Assembly: GCA_903883645.1 (NCBI GenBank)
Contig: CAISBR010000004.1
Coordinates: forward strand, 13,461-77,460
DNA: 64,000 nucleotides
From: an uncultured Myxococcales bacterium
GTDB taxonomy: Bacteria; Myxococcota_A; UBA9042
Reading direction: 5' to 3'
The notes under the pieces were generated by a model. That model did not search any database. It was not told where the DNA came from and was given only the letters and a program-made list of their open reading frames with translations. The translations under genes and the position numbers were made by a program. Shown here piece after piece: positions 47,510-56,639 of the stretch (position 1 is its first letter; every line of letters begins with the position of its first letter).

Positions 47510-48829
47510 ATGACCAATCTCAATCCGGCGCGCGCCGTGGTGGCCGACGCTTGCGGCAACATCTTTGATCACCCCGAGCTGCTCATGCTGGCGTGGGACG
47601 GAGAAGTCTGGCGCCAGCCGCGGCCCGAAGAGCTGATTACGCTGCCTAAGGGCTCGGATATGTTTGTGCTTCCGGGTCGCATTCCCTACGCGGTCGACCC
47701 CGAGAGCGACGAGCCGGTCGAGGTGATTGGCGACGACGACACCGGGCAACTGCAGGCCGTGGCTGCGTTTGTTGCGCCGGCCTATGCGCGGCTGCTGCAC
47801 CCGGCCTACGACACGCCGGCCGGTGCGCCCGATCTGACGCTTTATGCTTATACGGCAGTGGGTTGGCGCGATGGGCGCTTTGTAGTGCCGGCGATGCGCG
47901 TCGACGCGGACCAACGCCAAGACCCGTACCGCTTCGATATCGACGAGGTCGAGGCCGGGGTCCGCAAAATCCGCAGTGAACACCCGCAGAACAAAGCCTT
48001 AGAGCACATCGAGCACTGTGCCCTGGTCTACCACTGCCGGGCGGCGCAGAACTTTTACTTGGGCCGGTGGGAAGCGCCGATGCCGGCCGCCAGCACCTGC
48101 AACGCCGCGTGTATTGGCTGTATTTCGGACCAGAGTGGCTCCACGTTCGAGGCGAATCACGAGCGTATCGCCATCCCGTCGCACGCCGCCGACCTGGTCG
48201 AGCTCGCATGTCTGCATTTTGAGCGCGTGCCCAATGGCGTGGCGAGCTTTGGCCAAGGCTGCGAGGGCGAGCCGCTGATGCAGTGGAAAGCGCTGCTCGA
48301 TACCGTAGTTGGCATCCGTCAGCGCACCAAGGCGGGCGTCATCAATCTGAACACCAATGCCTCGCTGCCCGACAAGGTGGCGAAGCTGGCCGAGGCCGGA
48401 CTCGACTCGATACGCATCTCGCTCAATTCGGCCCGACCGGCGCTGTACCGGGCCTATTACAAGCCGCGCGGTTACGATTTTGCAGACATCGTGCAGAGTG
48501 CCCGCGAGATGCACCAACGCGGCAAGTACGTGTCGCTAAACTACTTTGTATTTCCAGGGGTTTCGGACTCACCGGCCGAGATCGAGGCGCTGGCGCAGTT
48601 CATCGAAGAAGGTGGCGTCGATCTGATTCAACTGCGCAATCTGAATATCGATCCTGAGCTGTACTTGCGCGCACTGCCCGAGGGGGCGGTCGATCAGCCG
48701 ATTGGCGTGCTCGAAATGGTGGCCGAGCTGCGGCGGCGCTTCCCCAAACTGCGCTTTGGCTACTTTAACCCGGCCAAGACCAAGTTCGGCCGGCCAGGAC
48801 CTACGCCAGGGCCTAACACAAGTAACTGA
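47510..48829 (+). CDS. Radical SAM protein, function unknown
   Basis: CNAACIGC (CxxxCxxC), SFGQGCEGEP, NTNA, IRISLNS. Confidence 0.9.
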   Translation: MTNLNPARAVVADACGNIFDHPELLMLAWDGEVWRQPRPEELITLPKGSDMFVLPGRIPYAVDPESDEPVEVIGDDDTGQLQAVAAFVAPAYARLLHPAYDTPAGAPDLTLYAYTAVGWRDGRFVVPAMRVDADQRQDPYRFDIDEVEAGVRKIRSEHPQNKALEHIEHCALVYHCRAAQNFYLGRWEAPMPAASTCNAACIGCISDQSGSTFEANHERIAIPSHAADLVELACLHFERVPNGVASFGQGCEGEPLMQWKALLDTVVGIRQRTKAGVINLNTNASLPDKVAKLAEAGLDSIRISLNSARPALYRAYYKPRGYDFADIVQSAREMHQRGKYVSLNYFVFPGVSDSPAEIEALAQFIEEGGVDLIQLRNLNIDPELYLRALPEGAVDQPIGVLEMVAELRRRFPKLRFGYFNPAKTKFGRPGPTPGPNTSN

Positions 48830-48999
48830 TCTGCAAATTATTATTCGGTGCACTTGCGCGACTGCTGCGACCTCGCCAGAATCGCTGCGACTGTAGCCCG
48901 ATCAACCGCAAGCGCTAGGCACCAAGACCTCGTATTTACTAGCGAAAAGAAGCTGCCACCGCGATGGCGCACCGCAGCACCGACCGAGGAGGACGCCCG

Positions 49000-51900
49000 A
49001 TGGCCCGCATCTACTTCTACAGCGACGAAGGCGAGTTGCTCGACGTCGAGGTCAGCCCCGACTACCCCGAGATCAGTGTCGGTCGACAGGCCAGTTGTGA
49101 GATCCGCTCGGCCGGCCAAAGCGTGTCGCGGCGCCATGCCCGTGTTTACTTCGACCAGGGGCAGTACATCCTGCAAGACCTCAATTCGTCGAACGGTACG
49201 TTCTATTCGGGCACGCGGCTGCCGGCGGGCGACTCGGTTGTGCTCGAGGACGATGCGTTGTTTGCGTGCGGTCAGTTTGAGCTGCGGCTTGCTTACGAAG
49301 AGGCCGACTTGCTGATGGCGGAGCAGGGGTGGGACCAGCCGGGGGCTATTCCGCCGCCGCCGCCGCCGCCGCCACCGCCACCGCCGCCACCGCCTGGACC
49401 GCAAGCCTGGGTTGACGCGGTCTCGGCTATTCCGCCGCCGCCCCCTCCGCCACCGCCACCGCCGTCGTTTGTGGAGAACTTGGCGCCGCCGCCACCGCCG
49501 CCGCCTCCTCCGCCACCACCTCCGCCGCCGCCGCCGTTTGTGGAGAACTTGGCGCCGCCACCGCCGCCACCGCCACCACCACCGCCGCCGCCGTCGTTTG
49601 TGGAAAACTTGGCGCCGCCGCCGCCCCCTCCGCCGCCCCCTCCGCCTCCGCCACCGGCACAGAGCCTGGGGGAGCCCGAGTGGGTAGAGGTGGATAGTGC
49701 GACGTTGCCGGCCGACCGCGATGGGCTGCCGACTCTGGGCCAGCCGGTATGGGCGCCCACAGCGCTGCCAGTAGTGCTTGATCCGCCGGTCGAGGTAGGC
49801 GCTGCGGCAGTGCCGGCGCAACGCGCCCAGGGCCCCGGCCCCACGTTGGCCTATGGCTCGACCGATGCCGCAGCCGCCATCGCCGCGGTCGCAGCCCCAC
49901 ACCGCGGCACGCCGGCACCACTGGCCGAAGCGGAACAAGTGGAGCCCGAAGAGGTCGAAGACTCGCTGCTCGACGCGATGGGCATGGGCGACGACGAGGC
50001 CCCTGCGCCGGCGGTAATCACAGAGGGCACTGAACGACCGACTGCAGAAGCTGAAACCGCGCCCCCAAGCGAGCTGATTGCGCGCATTTCGCAGGCTGCG
50101 CAAGCCGAAACCGAGACCGAGCAGCCCGTGGCCGATGCCGCCCTCCTAGCCGAGATCGACGGACTGCGCGCACAACTCGCCGCCAGTCAAGCGGCATGGG
50201 CCGAGGAGCACGAGCACGCGGCGGCCGCAGAAGGCTTGGCCAGCCAGCGCGCAGACGAGCTTGAGCAGGTGCGCCATGCGCTGCAGCAAGCGGAAGCCGC
50301 TGTCGCGGAAGTGCCGGCTGTGGACCTCGAGCTACCCACTCGACTGCAAGACGCGCAAGACTTGCTCGACCAAGCGCGTGCGGAGCTCGCCGATGCCGAT
50401 GCAAGGCTGGCCCAGGCCGACGCCTACCGCCAAACTGTTGAAGCCGAGACCGTTGCGACCCAAGCCCTGCTGGCAGCGAAGACCCGCGAGGCCGACGAAC
50501 AGCGCGAGCTTGTGGATGGCGAGCGCCTGACGCGGCGCCTTGCCGAGCAAGACATGGACCTCGCGGAACACAAAGTGGAGGAGCTGGAGACGCAGCTGCA
50601 AGGTCTTCGCGACCAGGTACAGGCGTTGCAGGCCACCGCGGGCGAGGCCGGACAGGCGCAGGCTCGATTGGGCAATCTAGAGACCCAGCTGGCGGGCGCG
50701 CGCGCCGAGGGGCAGCAGTGGCACAGCGAGCTTGAGCAGATCAGGTCGCAACTCCAAGCGCAGCAAGCGGAACACGAGCTGCTGCAGGGCGCCCATGGCA
50801 CTGCACAGACCGAGTTGGAGCAGGCTCGCCTCGCCCACATGGCCCAGCAGACCGAGCTCGCAGCCCAGCAGACCCAGCACGCAGCCCAGCAGGCCGAGCT
50901 CGCAGCCCAGCAGACCGAGCTCGCAGCCCAGCAGGCCCAGCACGCAGCGGCGGTTGAACAGCAGGTTGCAGCTCTGCAGGCGCAGCTCGTCGAGGCGCAA
51001 AGCCAAGCTGCGGCAGGGCTCGAACTGCAGACCCAGCTTCAAGAAAAGCTGACCATGGCCGAAATGGCCCACGCGGCGCTGCAGAGTCAACTTGGCCAGG
51101 GCGAGCAGGCCGTAGCCGTGGTGCAAGCCGACTTGGCCCAGGCCCTCGCAGCCCTGGCAGCGGCGCTCCAAGAGCAGGCAGGGCTGCAGGCCAACCTAGA
51201 GCAACTGGGCGAGCAACTGTCGGGTGGTCAGATTCAGCTAACCTCGGCGCACGCTGAGCTTGCGGCCTCGCAGGCAGAGCTGCAGGCGCTGCAGGCGACC
51301 GTGGCGGCACACAGTGGCGAGGGGGCGGCGGCTCAGGCACAACTTGCAGAATTGCAGGATCAGATCCTCGACTTGCAGCTTCAGGCCGAGCAAGCGGAGC
51401 GCGATGGTGGCGAACGCGTGGCTCACCAACAGGCCGAGCTAGAGACCCTGCGCCGACAGCTGGGAGAAGCCCTAGCATCGAGCGAAGGTACGAGTGCAAG
51501 TCTGCAAGAACAGCTGGCGACCCTGCAAGAACAGCTCGCGGCTGCGGAACTGGCTCGCCAGGAGCTGGCCACCCAGGCGGAGTGCGATCGGGCGGCCCTG
51601 AGCAGCCAACTGGCCGAGGCCACGCGCGAGGCTACCGAGCTGACTGCGAGCCAGAGCGCGGCCCAAATGCAGCTATCGCAACTGCAGGAACAGCTGGGCG
51701 ACTTGCAGATTGAACGCGAGCTGCTGCAAGAGCAGGTAGCGACCGACGCGGCCGCGGCCGATGCTAGTCTGGCCACTGCGCGGAGGGAGGCCGATGCCAA
51801 GGCCAGTGCCTTGGAGCAGAGTGCCGCAGAGCTAAATGCTAAGATCACCAAACTGCAAGCAGACTTGCAAGACGCTAGCCACGGTGCAGCCGGCGAGGCG

Positions 51901-53097
51901 AGTGCGCTGCGGGCGCAGCTTGGCGAGGCAGAAGCCGAGGTCGATGCCCTGCGGCAGCAGGCCGGCGCCGCCGAGCGACAGCTAGCCCAAGCGCAACAAG
52001 CGGGCGAGACTGCTACGGCGCAATCAGCTAAATTGCAGGATCATATCAACACGTTGCAAGCCCAGCTCGACGTTGTGCATACCTCTGCCAGCGATGAGGC
52101 GAGCGCGCTTCGCCAGCAACTGCAGGGCGCCGAAACGGATCTGGATGCGGCGCGATTGCGGGTCGCGGAGCTTGAGTCGGGCGAACGCGAGGCGCAGGCG
52201 AGTACCGCGGCGCTGCTCGCCCAGATTGATGCGCTTGAAGGCGATGTGGTCACGGCACAGCAGGCGCACGCCAAGGCCGAAGCGGCGGCGGCCGACGAGC
52301 AGAATCAGCTCGGCAAGCTGACACAGAGCCTCGAGGCCGAGCAGGCCAAGGCCACGCAACTACAGGCTCAGACAAGCGAATTGCAAGCCCAGGCCAGTGC
52401 GTTGGAGGCTCAGTCGGGCGAGTTGAAGGCCCAACTGGCGAGTGCCCAGGCCCAACTGGCGGGTGCCCAGGCCCAACTGACGGGTGCCCAGGCCCAACTG
52501 ACGGGTGCCCAGGCGCAGGCGGCTGCCGACACCAGCGGCCCGTGGCAGACCAAGTGCGATGGATTGCAAGCAGAGTTGGATCAAGCGCAAAGCGACCTAA
52601 AGCGGGTCAAAGCAGCGCGCGTGGCGGCCGAGGCGGCGCTGCATGAGTTCGAGGCGCAAGTCAGCGCGGCCAAACAGGGGACAGGCCAGGCCCAGGCCGA
52701 AGTTCAGCAGGCCGTCGAGCGCGCCGAGCAAGCCGAGAAGCTGGCCCGCGAGGCGGAGCGGCGCGCCCAAACGGCAGAACAGAAGGCCGAGCAAGCACAA
52801 AAGGCGACTGCCGCAGTGCCACTTGCCGCAGCCCCCGCAGCGACCCCGGGGGGCGCGATCGATCTGGGCCCCGCAGCGCGCCTGATCGACGAACTGTACG
52901 GGGTAGTATCGTCGTTCCGCCCCGATCTGCGCTCGATCGACGATGCCGCCAAGCTGCTGCTGAGCGACGACGAAGACGATCACACAGAAGGCGCTGAAAT
53001 GCTGCGCGAAAGCCTAGACAACGCCAACAGCCGCAGCGGTGAGCTGAAGAATCTGGCGGCAGCGCTGCGCGATTTTGTCGAGAAGCACGGGCAATAG
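49000..53097 (+). CDS. FHA domain + poly-proline + very long coiled-coil protein
   Basis: SD GAGGAGG; VGR, VSRRHA, DLNSSNGT FHA motifs; five Pro runs; about 900 aa of heptads. Confidence 0.9.
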   Translation: MARIYFYSDEGELLDVEVSPDYPEISVGRQASCEIRSAGQSVSRRHARVYFDQGQYILQDLNSSNGTFYSGTRLPAGDSVVLEDDALFACGQFELRLAYEEADLLMAEQGWDQPGAIPPPPPPPPPPPPPPPGPQAWVDAVSAIPPPPPPPPPPPSFVENLAPPPPPPPPPPPPPPPPPFVENLAPPPPPPPPPPPPPSFVENLAPPPPPPPPPPPPPPAQSLGEPEWVEVDSATLPADRDGLPTLGQPVWAPTALPVVLDPPVEVGAAAVPAQRAQGPGPTLAYGSTDAAAAIAAVAAPHRGTPAPLAEAEQVEPEEVEDSLLDAMGMGDDEAPAPAVITEGTERPTAEAETAPPSELIARISQAAQAETETEQPVADAALLAEIDGLRAQLAASQAAWAEEHEHAAAAEGLASQRADELEQVRHALQQAEAAVAEVPAVDLELPTRLQDAQDLLDQARAELADADARLAQADAYRQTVEAETVATQALLAAKTREADEQRELVDGERLTRRLAEQDMDLAEHKVEELETQLQGLRDQVQALQATAGEAGQAQARLGNLETQLAGARAEGQQWHSELEQIRSQLQAQQAEHELLQGAHGTAQTELEQARLAHMAQQTELAAQQTQHAAQQAELAAQQTELAAQQAQHAAAVEQQVAALQAQLVEAQSQAAAGLELQTQLQEKLTMAEMAHAALQSQLGQGEQAVAVVQADLAQALAALAAALQEQAGLQANLEQLGEQLSGGQIQLTSAHAELAASQAELQALQATVAAHSGEGAAAQAQLAELQDQILDLQLQAEQAERDGGERVAHQQAELETLRRQLGEALASSEGTSASLQEQLATLQEQLAAAELARQELATQAECDRAALSSQLAEATREATELTASQSAAQMQLSQLQEQLGDLQIERELLQEQVATDAAAADASLATARREADAKASALEQSAAELNAKITKLQADLQDASHGAAGEASALRAQLGEAEAEVDALRQQAGAAERQLAQAQQAGETATAQSAKLQDHINTLQAQLDVVHTSASDEASALRQQLQGAETDLDAARLRVAELESGEREAQASTAALLAQIDALEGDVVTAQQAHAKAEAAAADEQNQLGKLTQSLEAEQAKATQLQAQTSELQAQASALEAQSGELKAQLASAQAQLAGAQAQLTGAQAQLTGAQAQAAADTSGPWQTKCDGLQAELDQAQSDLKRVKAARVAAEAALHEFEAQVSAAKQGTGQAQAEVQQAVERAEQAEKLAREAERRAQTAEQKAEQAQKATAAVPLAAAPAATPGGAIDLGPAARLIDELYGVVSSFRPDLRSIDDAAKLLLSDDEDDHTEGAEMLRESLDNANSRSGELKNLAAALRDFVEKHGQ
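49351..49656 (+). repeat. Five CCN (poly-Pro) runs with repeated FVENLA spacers
   Basis: Runs of 15, 11, 17, 13 and 14 Pro codons; TTTGTGGA(G/A)AACTTGGCG x3. Confidence 0.95.
50841..50946 (+). repeat. 21-bp in-frame tandem repeat (AQQTELA-type heptads)
   Basis: GCCCAGCAGACCGAGCTCGCA and variants x5. Confidence 0.85.
52429..52512 (+). repeat. 21-bp in-frame tandem repeat (AQLxGAQ heptads)
   Basis: GCCCAACTG(G/A)CG(A/G)GTGCCCAG x4. Confidence 0.9.
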
Positions 53098-53109
53098 CCG
53101 CGGGTCGGC

Positions 53110-54213
53110 CTACATCGGCTCGTGGCCGCCCTCAGCCTGCTGAGCGAGCAAGTCGTCGAGAACGCGGAACAGTTCGTCGTTGCCTAGTTGCTTGTAGCTA
53201 GCTAGATTTTGGGCAAATTCGCTGGCACGCGCGAGCAGTTCCTCGACATCTTTGGCCTCGATCTCGGCCCGGTGCAGGCCATAGCCCAGCTTTTGCAGGT
53301 AGATCGCATTCAGCGTCTGCTCAAACTGCCCCACCAGCGGCACCGACAGCAGCGGCTTGCGCAGGTAAACCGCCTCGCCCATAAGCGAAAATCCACCGCC
53401 CGCGATCACCGCCTTGGCCGAAGCGAGGTGGTCGACAAATTTGGTCTCCGAAAACGGCTGATGCTGCAGGTTGCCATCGACCTGGATCTCGCCAATGCCG
53501 CGCCGCATCCCGTAGACCAAAAACTGCTGATCTGCAAAGCCTTTAAGCACATCCGCCAAGCGTTCGGCGCCCTCGCCCGTCTGGTAGACCAACACATGTT
53601 CACCCAGCGAGGGCTGCGCGGCCAGCACCTCGGGGCGCAGGATCGGCGGCACTAGCGTCGTGCGCCCGCGCTTGACGGTCGGATAGAAAAACGTAGTAAT
53701 GATATAGTGTTCACACCCAGGCAGCTTGGTGCGGACAATGCCTTTGGCCAGCAAGAACGCCGCCGGATCGACGCGAAACACATCGTCGTCGTGGTGGCAG
53801 CGACTCAGAATCTGCATGTTGTCGATACTGATGACCGGCAGGGCGTGCGCCTTGGCGAACAAGAATGACCACGACTCAAAATCCGAAATCACCAACTCGG
53901 GCTGCCAGTTGCGCGCGATCTCGAACCACTGGCGAATGTTGCCCGGCAGGCCGTCGTGCCATGTCGCCGGCAGCAGCGCCTGTTTTAGGTTCGACAGAGC
54001 GGTCGCCGTCTTCTTGACCTCGTTGTCTTCGTAGATCAGGTGCAGACCATGGATACGATGTACCCCTGCAAAATGCTTGGCCAACATCGCATGGGCGCGC
54101 CCCGAAACCACGATCTGCAAGTCGTGCCCGGCCGCCACCAAGTGCTCGAGCACCACCCGCGATCGCGTGGCGTGCCCCATACCTTCGCCGACCACTCCGT
54201 ATAGAATCCGCAT
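53110..54213 (-). CDS. MJ1255/VC2487-family glycosyltransferase (GT-B)
   Basis: MRILYGVVGEGMGHATRS, VISDFES, GGGFSLMGEA, GQFEQ. Confidence 0.88.
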   Translation of the reverse strand: MRILYGVVGEGMGHATRSRVVLEHLVAAGHDLQIVVSGRAHAMLAKHFAGVHRIHGLHLIYEDNEVKKTATALSNLKQALLPATWHDGLPGNIRQWFEIARNWQPELVISDFESWSFLFAKAHALPVISIDNMQILSRCHHDDDVFRVDPAAFLLAKGIVRTKLPGCEHYIITTFFYPTVKRGRTTLVPPILRPEVLAAQPSLGEHVLVYQTGEGAERLADVLKGFADQQFLVYGMRRGIGEIQVDGNLQHQPFSETKFVDHLASAKAVIAGGGFSLMGEAVYLRKPLLSVPLVGQFEQTLNAIYLQKLGYGLHRAEIEAKDVEELLARASEFAQNLASYKQLGNDELFRVLDDLLAQQAEGGHEPM

Positions 54214-54313
54214 CGCCTGCCTCGATTTGCTCGGTTGCTGTCTGTGGCGAGTGTCGCATGGCCCCTGCGCCCCAGCAATCCGCCGCGGCAAGCGCCCGAG
54301 CGCAGATTCGACC

Positions 54314-54342
54314 TTGACCACAATCGGGCAGCCCGTTAAGCT
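54314..54342 (+). promoter_or_regulatory. Sigma70-type promoter of rpsT
   Basis: TTGACC-N17-TAAGCT. Confidence 0.6.
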
Positions 54343-54485
54343 ATTGCCCCTCTGTGGGCTTTGGCGCCCGCTGAGAACCCACCCTGCAGCGCCCTGGCGA
54401 TCGACCGCACCCCGCAGTCTACCCGCTCAGTTGATCTGCAACCCCAACGTCGCGGCTGGCTTAGACCCGCCGCACGAGGTCCATC

Positions 54486-54746
54486 GTGGCGAACCATGTG
54501 TCGGCGCTCAAGCGCGCAAAGCAGAACGAGAAGGCCCGCAACCGCAACCGCGCGGACAAGGCTACCAATCGCACCGCCGTCAAGAAGTTCCTGGCCGCCG
54601 TCGAGCAGGGCAATGGCGACGCGGCGCTGCCCGTCGTAATGTCGCAGCTCGCCGCCAGTGCGGCCAAAGGCGTGATCCCCAAGAAGCGCGCTTCGCGGAA
54701 GATCTCGCGTCTGGCCAAGGCGCTGCACGCGACCAAGGCGAACTAG
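54486..54746 (+). CDS. rpsT: 30S ribosomal protein S20
   Basis: MANHVSALKRAKQNEKARNRN...KGVIPKKRASRKISRL; GTG start with SD GAGGT. Confidence 0.96.
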   Translation: MANHVSALKRAKQNEKARNRNRADKATNRTAVKKFLAAVEQGNGDAALPVVMSQLAASAAKGVIPKKRASRKISRLAKALHATKAN

Positions 54747-54800
54747 ATTCCACGGCTCTATCTGGGCCTTGGGGTTGCATAGCACAGGAGTAAGGCCGGC

Positions 54801-55532
54801 ATGGCTTGGCTCAGGAACGAGGACCTGCTGCAGATCGGCAAGGACCCGCCTGGGCTTGAGCTTGCCGGCTATTGGCGGCGCGCGGCGATCGGTGTTCCCG
54901 ATTCGGCCCGCCGTCTGCTTAGTTATCTTACGTCGAGCCTTGCCTCGCGCGGCTGGTTGGCCAGCGCCGACAACTTGCTGGTGCAGGCGGTCGAGCACTT
55001 GGCCGAACCTGCCCATCAAGTGCAGACGGATTGGCAGTTCTTGGTCGACCGCGACCTGCTGAGCCTGGACCAAGGCAAAGTAGTGGCGCTGGTGGGGCTG
55101 CTGGCGACGCGACCGACTCGACTAAGCTATGTTGTTGATACTCATCATGAGTTACACTTAGTAGGGCCGCTGGCGGCGCTGGCCGTGGCGCGCGCGTTGG
55201 GCAAACCCGGCGAAGTGCGGGCGACGTGCCTGGGCAACGGCCAGACCCGGCTGCGCTTGATGTGCGATGCCCATGGGGTGCAGGCGCGCCAGCCCGAAAC
55301 AATCGGTCTATTTTTGCCTAGTTGGGATGGTCTGATCGCACCCAGTCAAGCGAGCGCAGCCGGTGGATTGTTTGCCGACGACGACGCCTTGGGTGCGTGG
55401 CAAGACCGCAACGGCGATCCCGCAGGAATGCCAGTGCCGGCGATGTTTTTCGACATGGCGGCCATTGAGCTAGGGCAGCAGGTGGGCGCGGCGCTCGAGG
55501 GCCTGCTAAACCACCTACCCGACTTCGATTAG
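54801..55532 (+). CDS. MerB (organomercurial lyase)-like protein, catalytic residues missing
   Basis: N-terminal HTH-like part, then RPTRL...ALAVARALGKPGEVRATC..G...QPE pattern. Confidence 0.5.
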   Translation: MAWLRNEDLLQIGKDPPGLELAGYWRRAAIGVPDSARRLLSYLTSSLASRGWLASADNLLVQAVEHLAEPAHQVQTDWQFLVDRDLLSLDQGKVVALVGLLATRPTRLSYVVDTHHELHLVGPLAALAVARALGKPGEVRATCLGNGQTRLRLMCDAHGVQARQPETIGLFLPSWDGLIAPSQASAAGGLFADDDALGAWQDRNGDPAGMPVPAMFFDMAAIELGQQVGAALEGLLNHLPDFD

Positions 55533-55624
55533 GCCCTTTGGCGCGGTTTGGCGCGGCGCAAGGCTGGCCCTGCGGCGCACTCTGCGCTATCCTCGGCGGT
55601 TGGGGCCCAAGCCCCCGCGAGGCC

Positions 55625-56638
55625 GTGTTGAGCACTGACCGCCAATTCGAACAACTCGTTCAAACTATTACCGATCGCGTACGGTCGGAGCTAAATCGGC
55701 AGGGTCAGACCTCGCTGGGCGTCGCGGCGAGCAGCGCCCCAGCAAGCCGCCCAAGCAGCCACGGCGATCACGGCGGCCACGGCCATCACCACGCCTCGGG
55801 CTCACCGTGCAAGGCCGGCAAGGGCGAATGCACCGGCTGTGGCTGGTCGATCTCGCGCCGCCCCGACGACGTGGCCAAAATCGTCGACTTGGGCGCTCAG
55901 CGCGTGTCGGCCGCACCCGGCTTCGATGGCAGCATCTTGCGCGCGGACTTGGCCCGCTACATCGACCACACGCTGCTCAAGGCCAACGCGGATCGCGACG
56001 AGCTGAAGAAATTGTGCAGTGAAGCCGCCAAGTACAAGTTCGCCTCGGTGTGCGTCAATGCGGTCAACGTCGCCTACTGCGCCCGCGAGCTCAAGGGCTC
56101 GGGCGTGCCGGTGGTGGCGGTCGTCGGCTTCCCCCTCGGCGCCATGACGCCGGCGGCCAAAGCGTTCGAGACCCGCGAGGCCCTGCGCGACGGCGCCGAA
56201 GAGATCGACATGGTGATCAACATCGGCGCGCTGAAGTCGAAGGATTACGCGCTGCTGCTGGCGGATATCCAGGCGGTGGTGCAGGCGGCAGGTAGCAAGC
56301 GCGTCAAGGTTATCTTAGAGACCGGCGAGCTGACCCGCGACGAAAAGGTGATCGCCTGCGCGCTGAGCAAAACCGCCGGCGCGGCTTTTGTCAAGACTTC
56401 TACGGGCTTTGGACCCGGTGGCGCGACGGCGGACGATGTGGCGCTGATGAAGGCGGTGGTCGGCGCCGAGGTCGAGGTCAAGGCGTCGGGCGGGATGCGC
56501 ACCTCCGACGATGTCGACAAGATGATCCAGGCCGGCGCCACCCGCATCGGTGCCAGCGCATCGGTGGCCATCGTGCGCGGCGTGACGAACAAGCCCGAGG
56601 CGGGCAAGCCGCAGCTGCGACGAGTCGGCGGCTACTAA
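55625..56638 (+). CDS. deoC: Deoxyribose-phosphate aldolase with ~105-aa N-terminal extension
   Basis: IDHTLLK, VGFPLGA, EIDMVIN, VKVILET, FVKTSTGF, KASGG, RIGASA; start approximate. Confidence 0.95.
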   Translation: MLSTDRQFEQLVQTITDRVRSELNRQGQTSLGVAASSAPASRPSSHGDHGGHGHHHASGSPCKAGKGECTGCGWSISRRPDDVAKIVDLGAQRVSAAPGFDGSILRADLARYIDHTLLKANADRDELKKLCSEAAKYKFASVCVNAVNVAYCARELKGSGVPVVAVVGFPLGAMTPAAKAFETREALRDGAEEIDMVINIGALKSKDYALLLADIQAVVQAAGSKRVKVILETGELTRDEKVIACALSKTAGAAFVKTSTGFGPGGATADDVALMKAVVGAEVEVKASGGMRTSDDVDKMIQAGATRIGASASVAIVRGVTNKPEAGKPQLRRVGGY

Positions 56639-56639
56639 T

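Noticed and set aside
47510-48829. RiPP cluster around the radical SAM enzyme
   Set aside because: No SPASM domain and no plausible precursor peptide or transporter adjacent
49293-49844. Poly-Gly ORF on the minus strand
   Set aside because: Reverse complement of the poly-Pro codons
54348-54485. Structured regulatory leader of rpsT
   Set aside because: The leader is long, but I could not identify a convincing structure by eye
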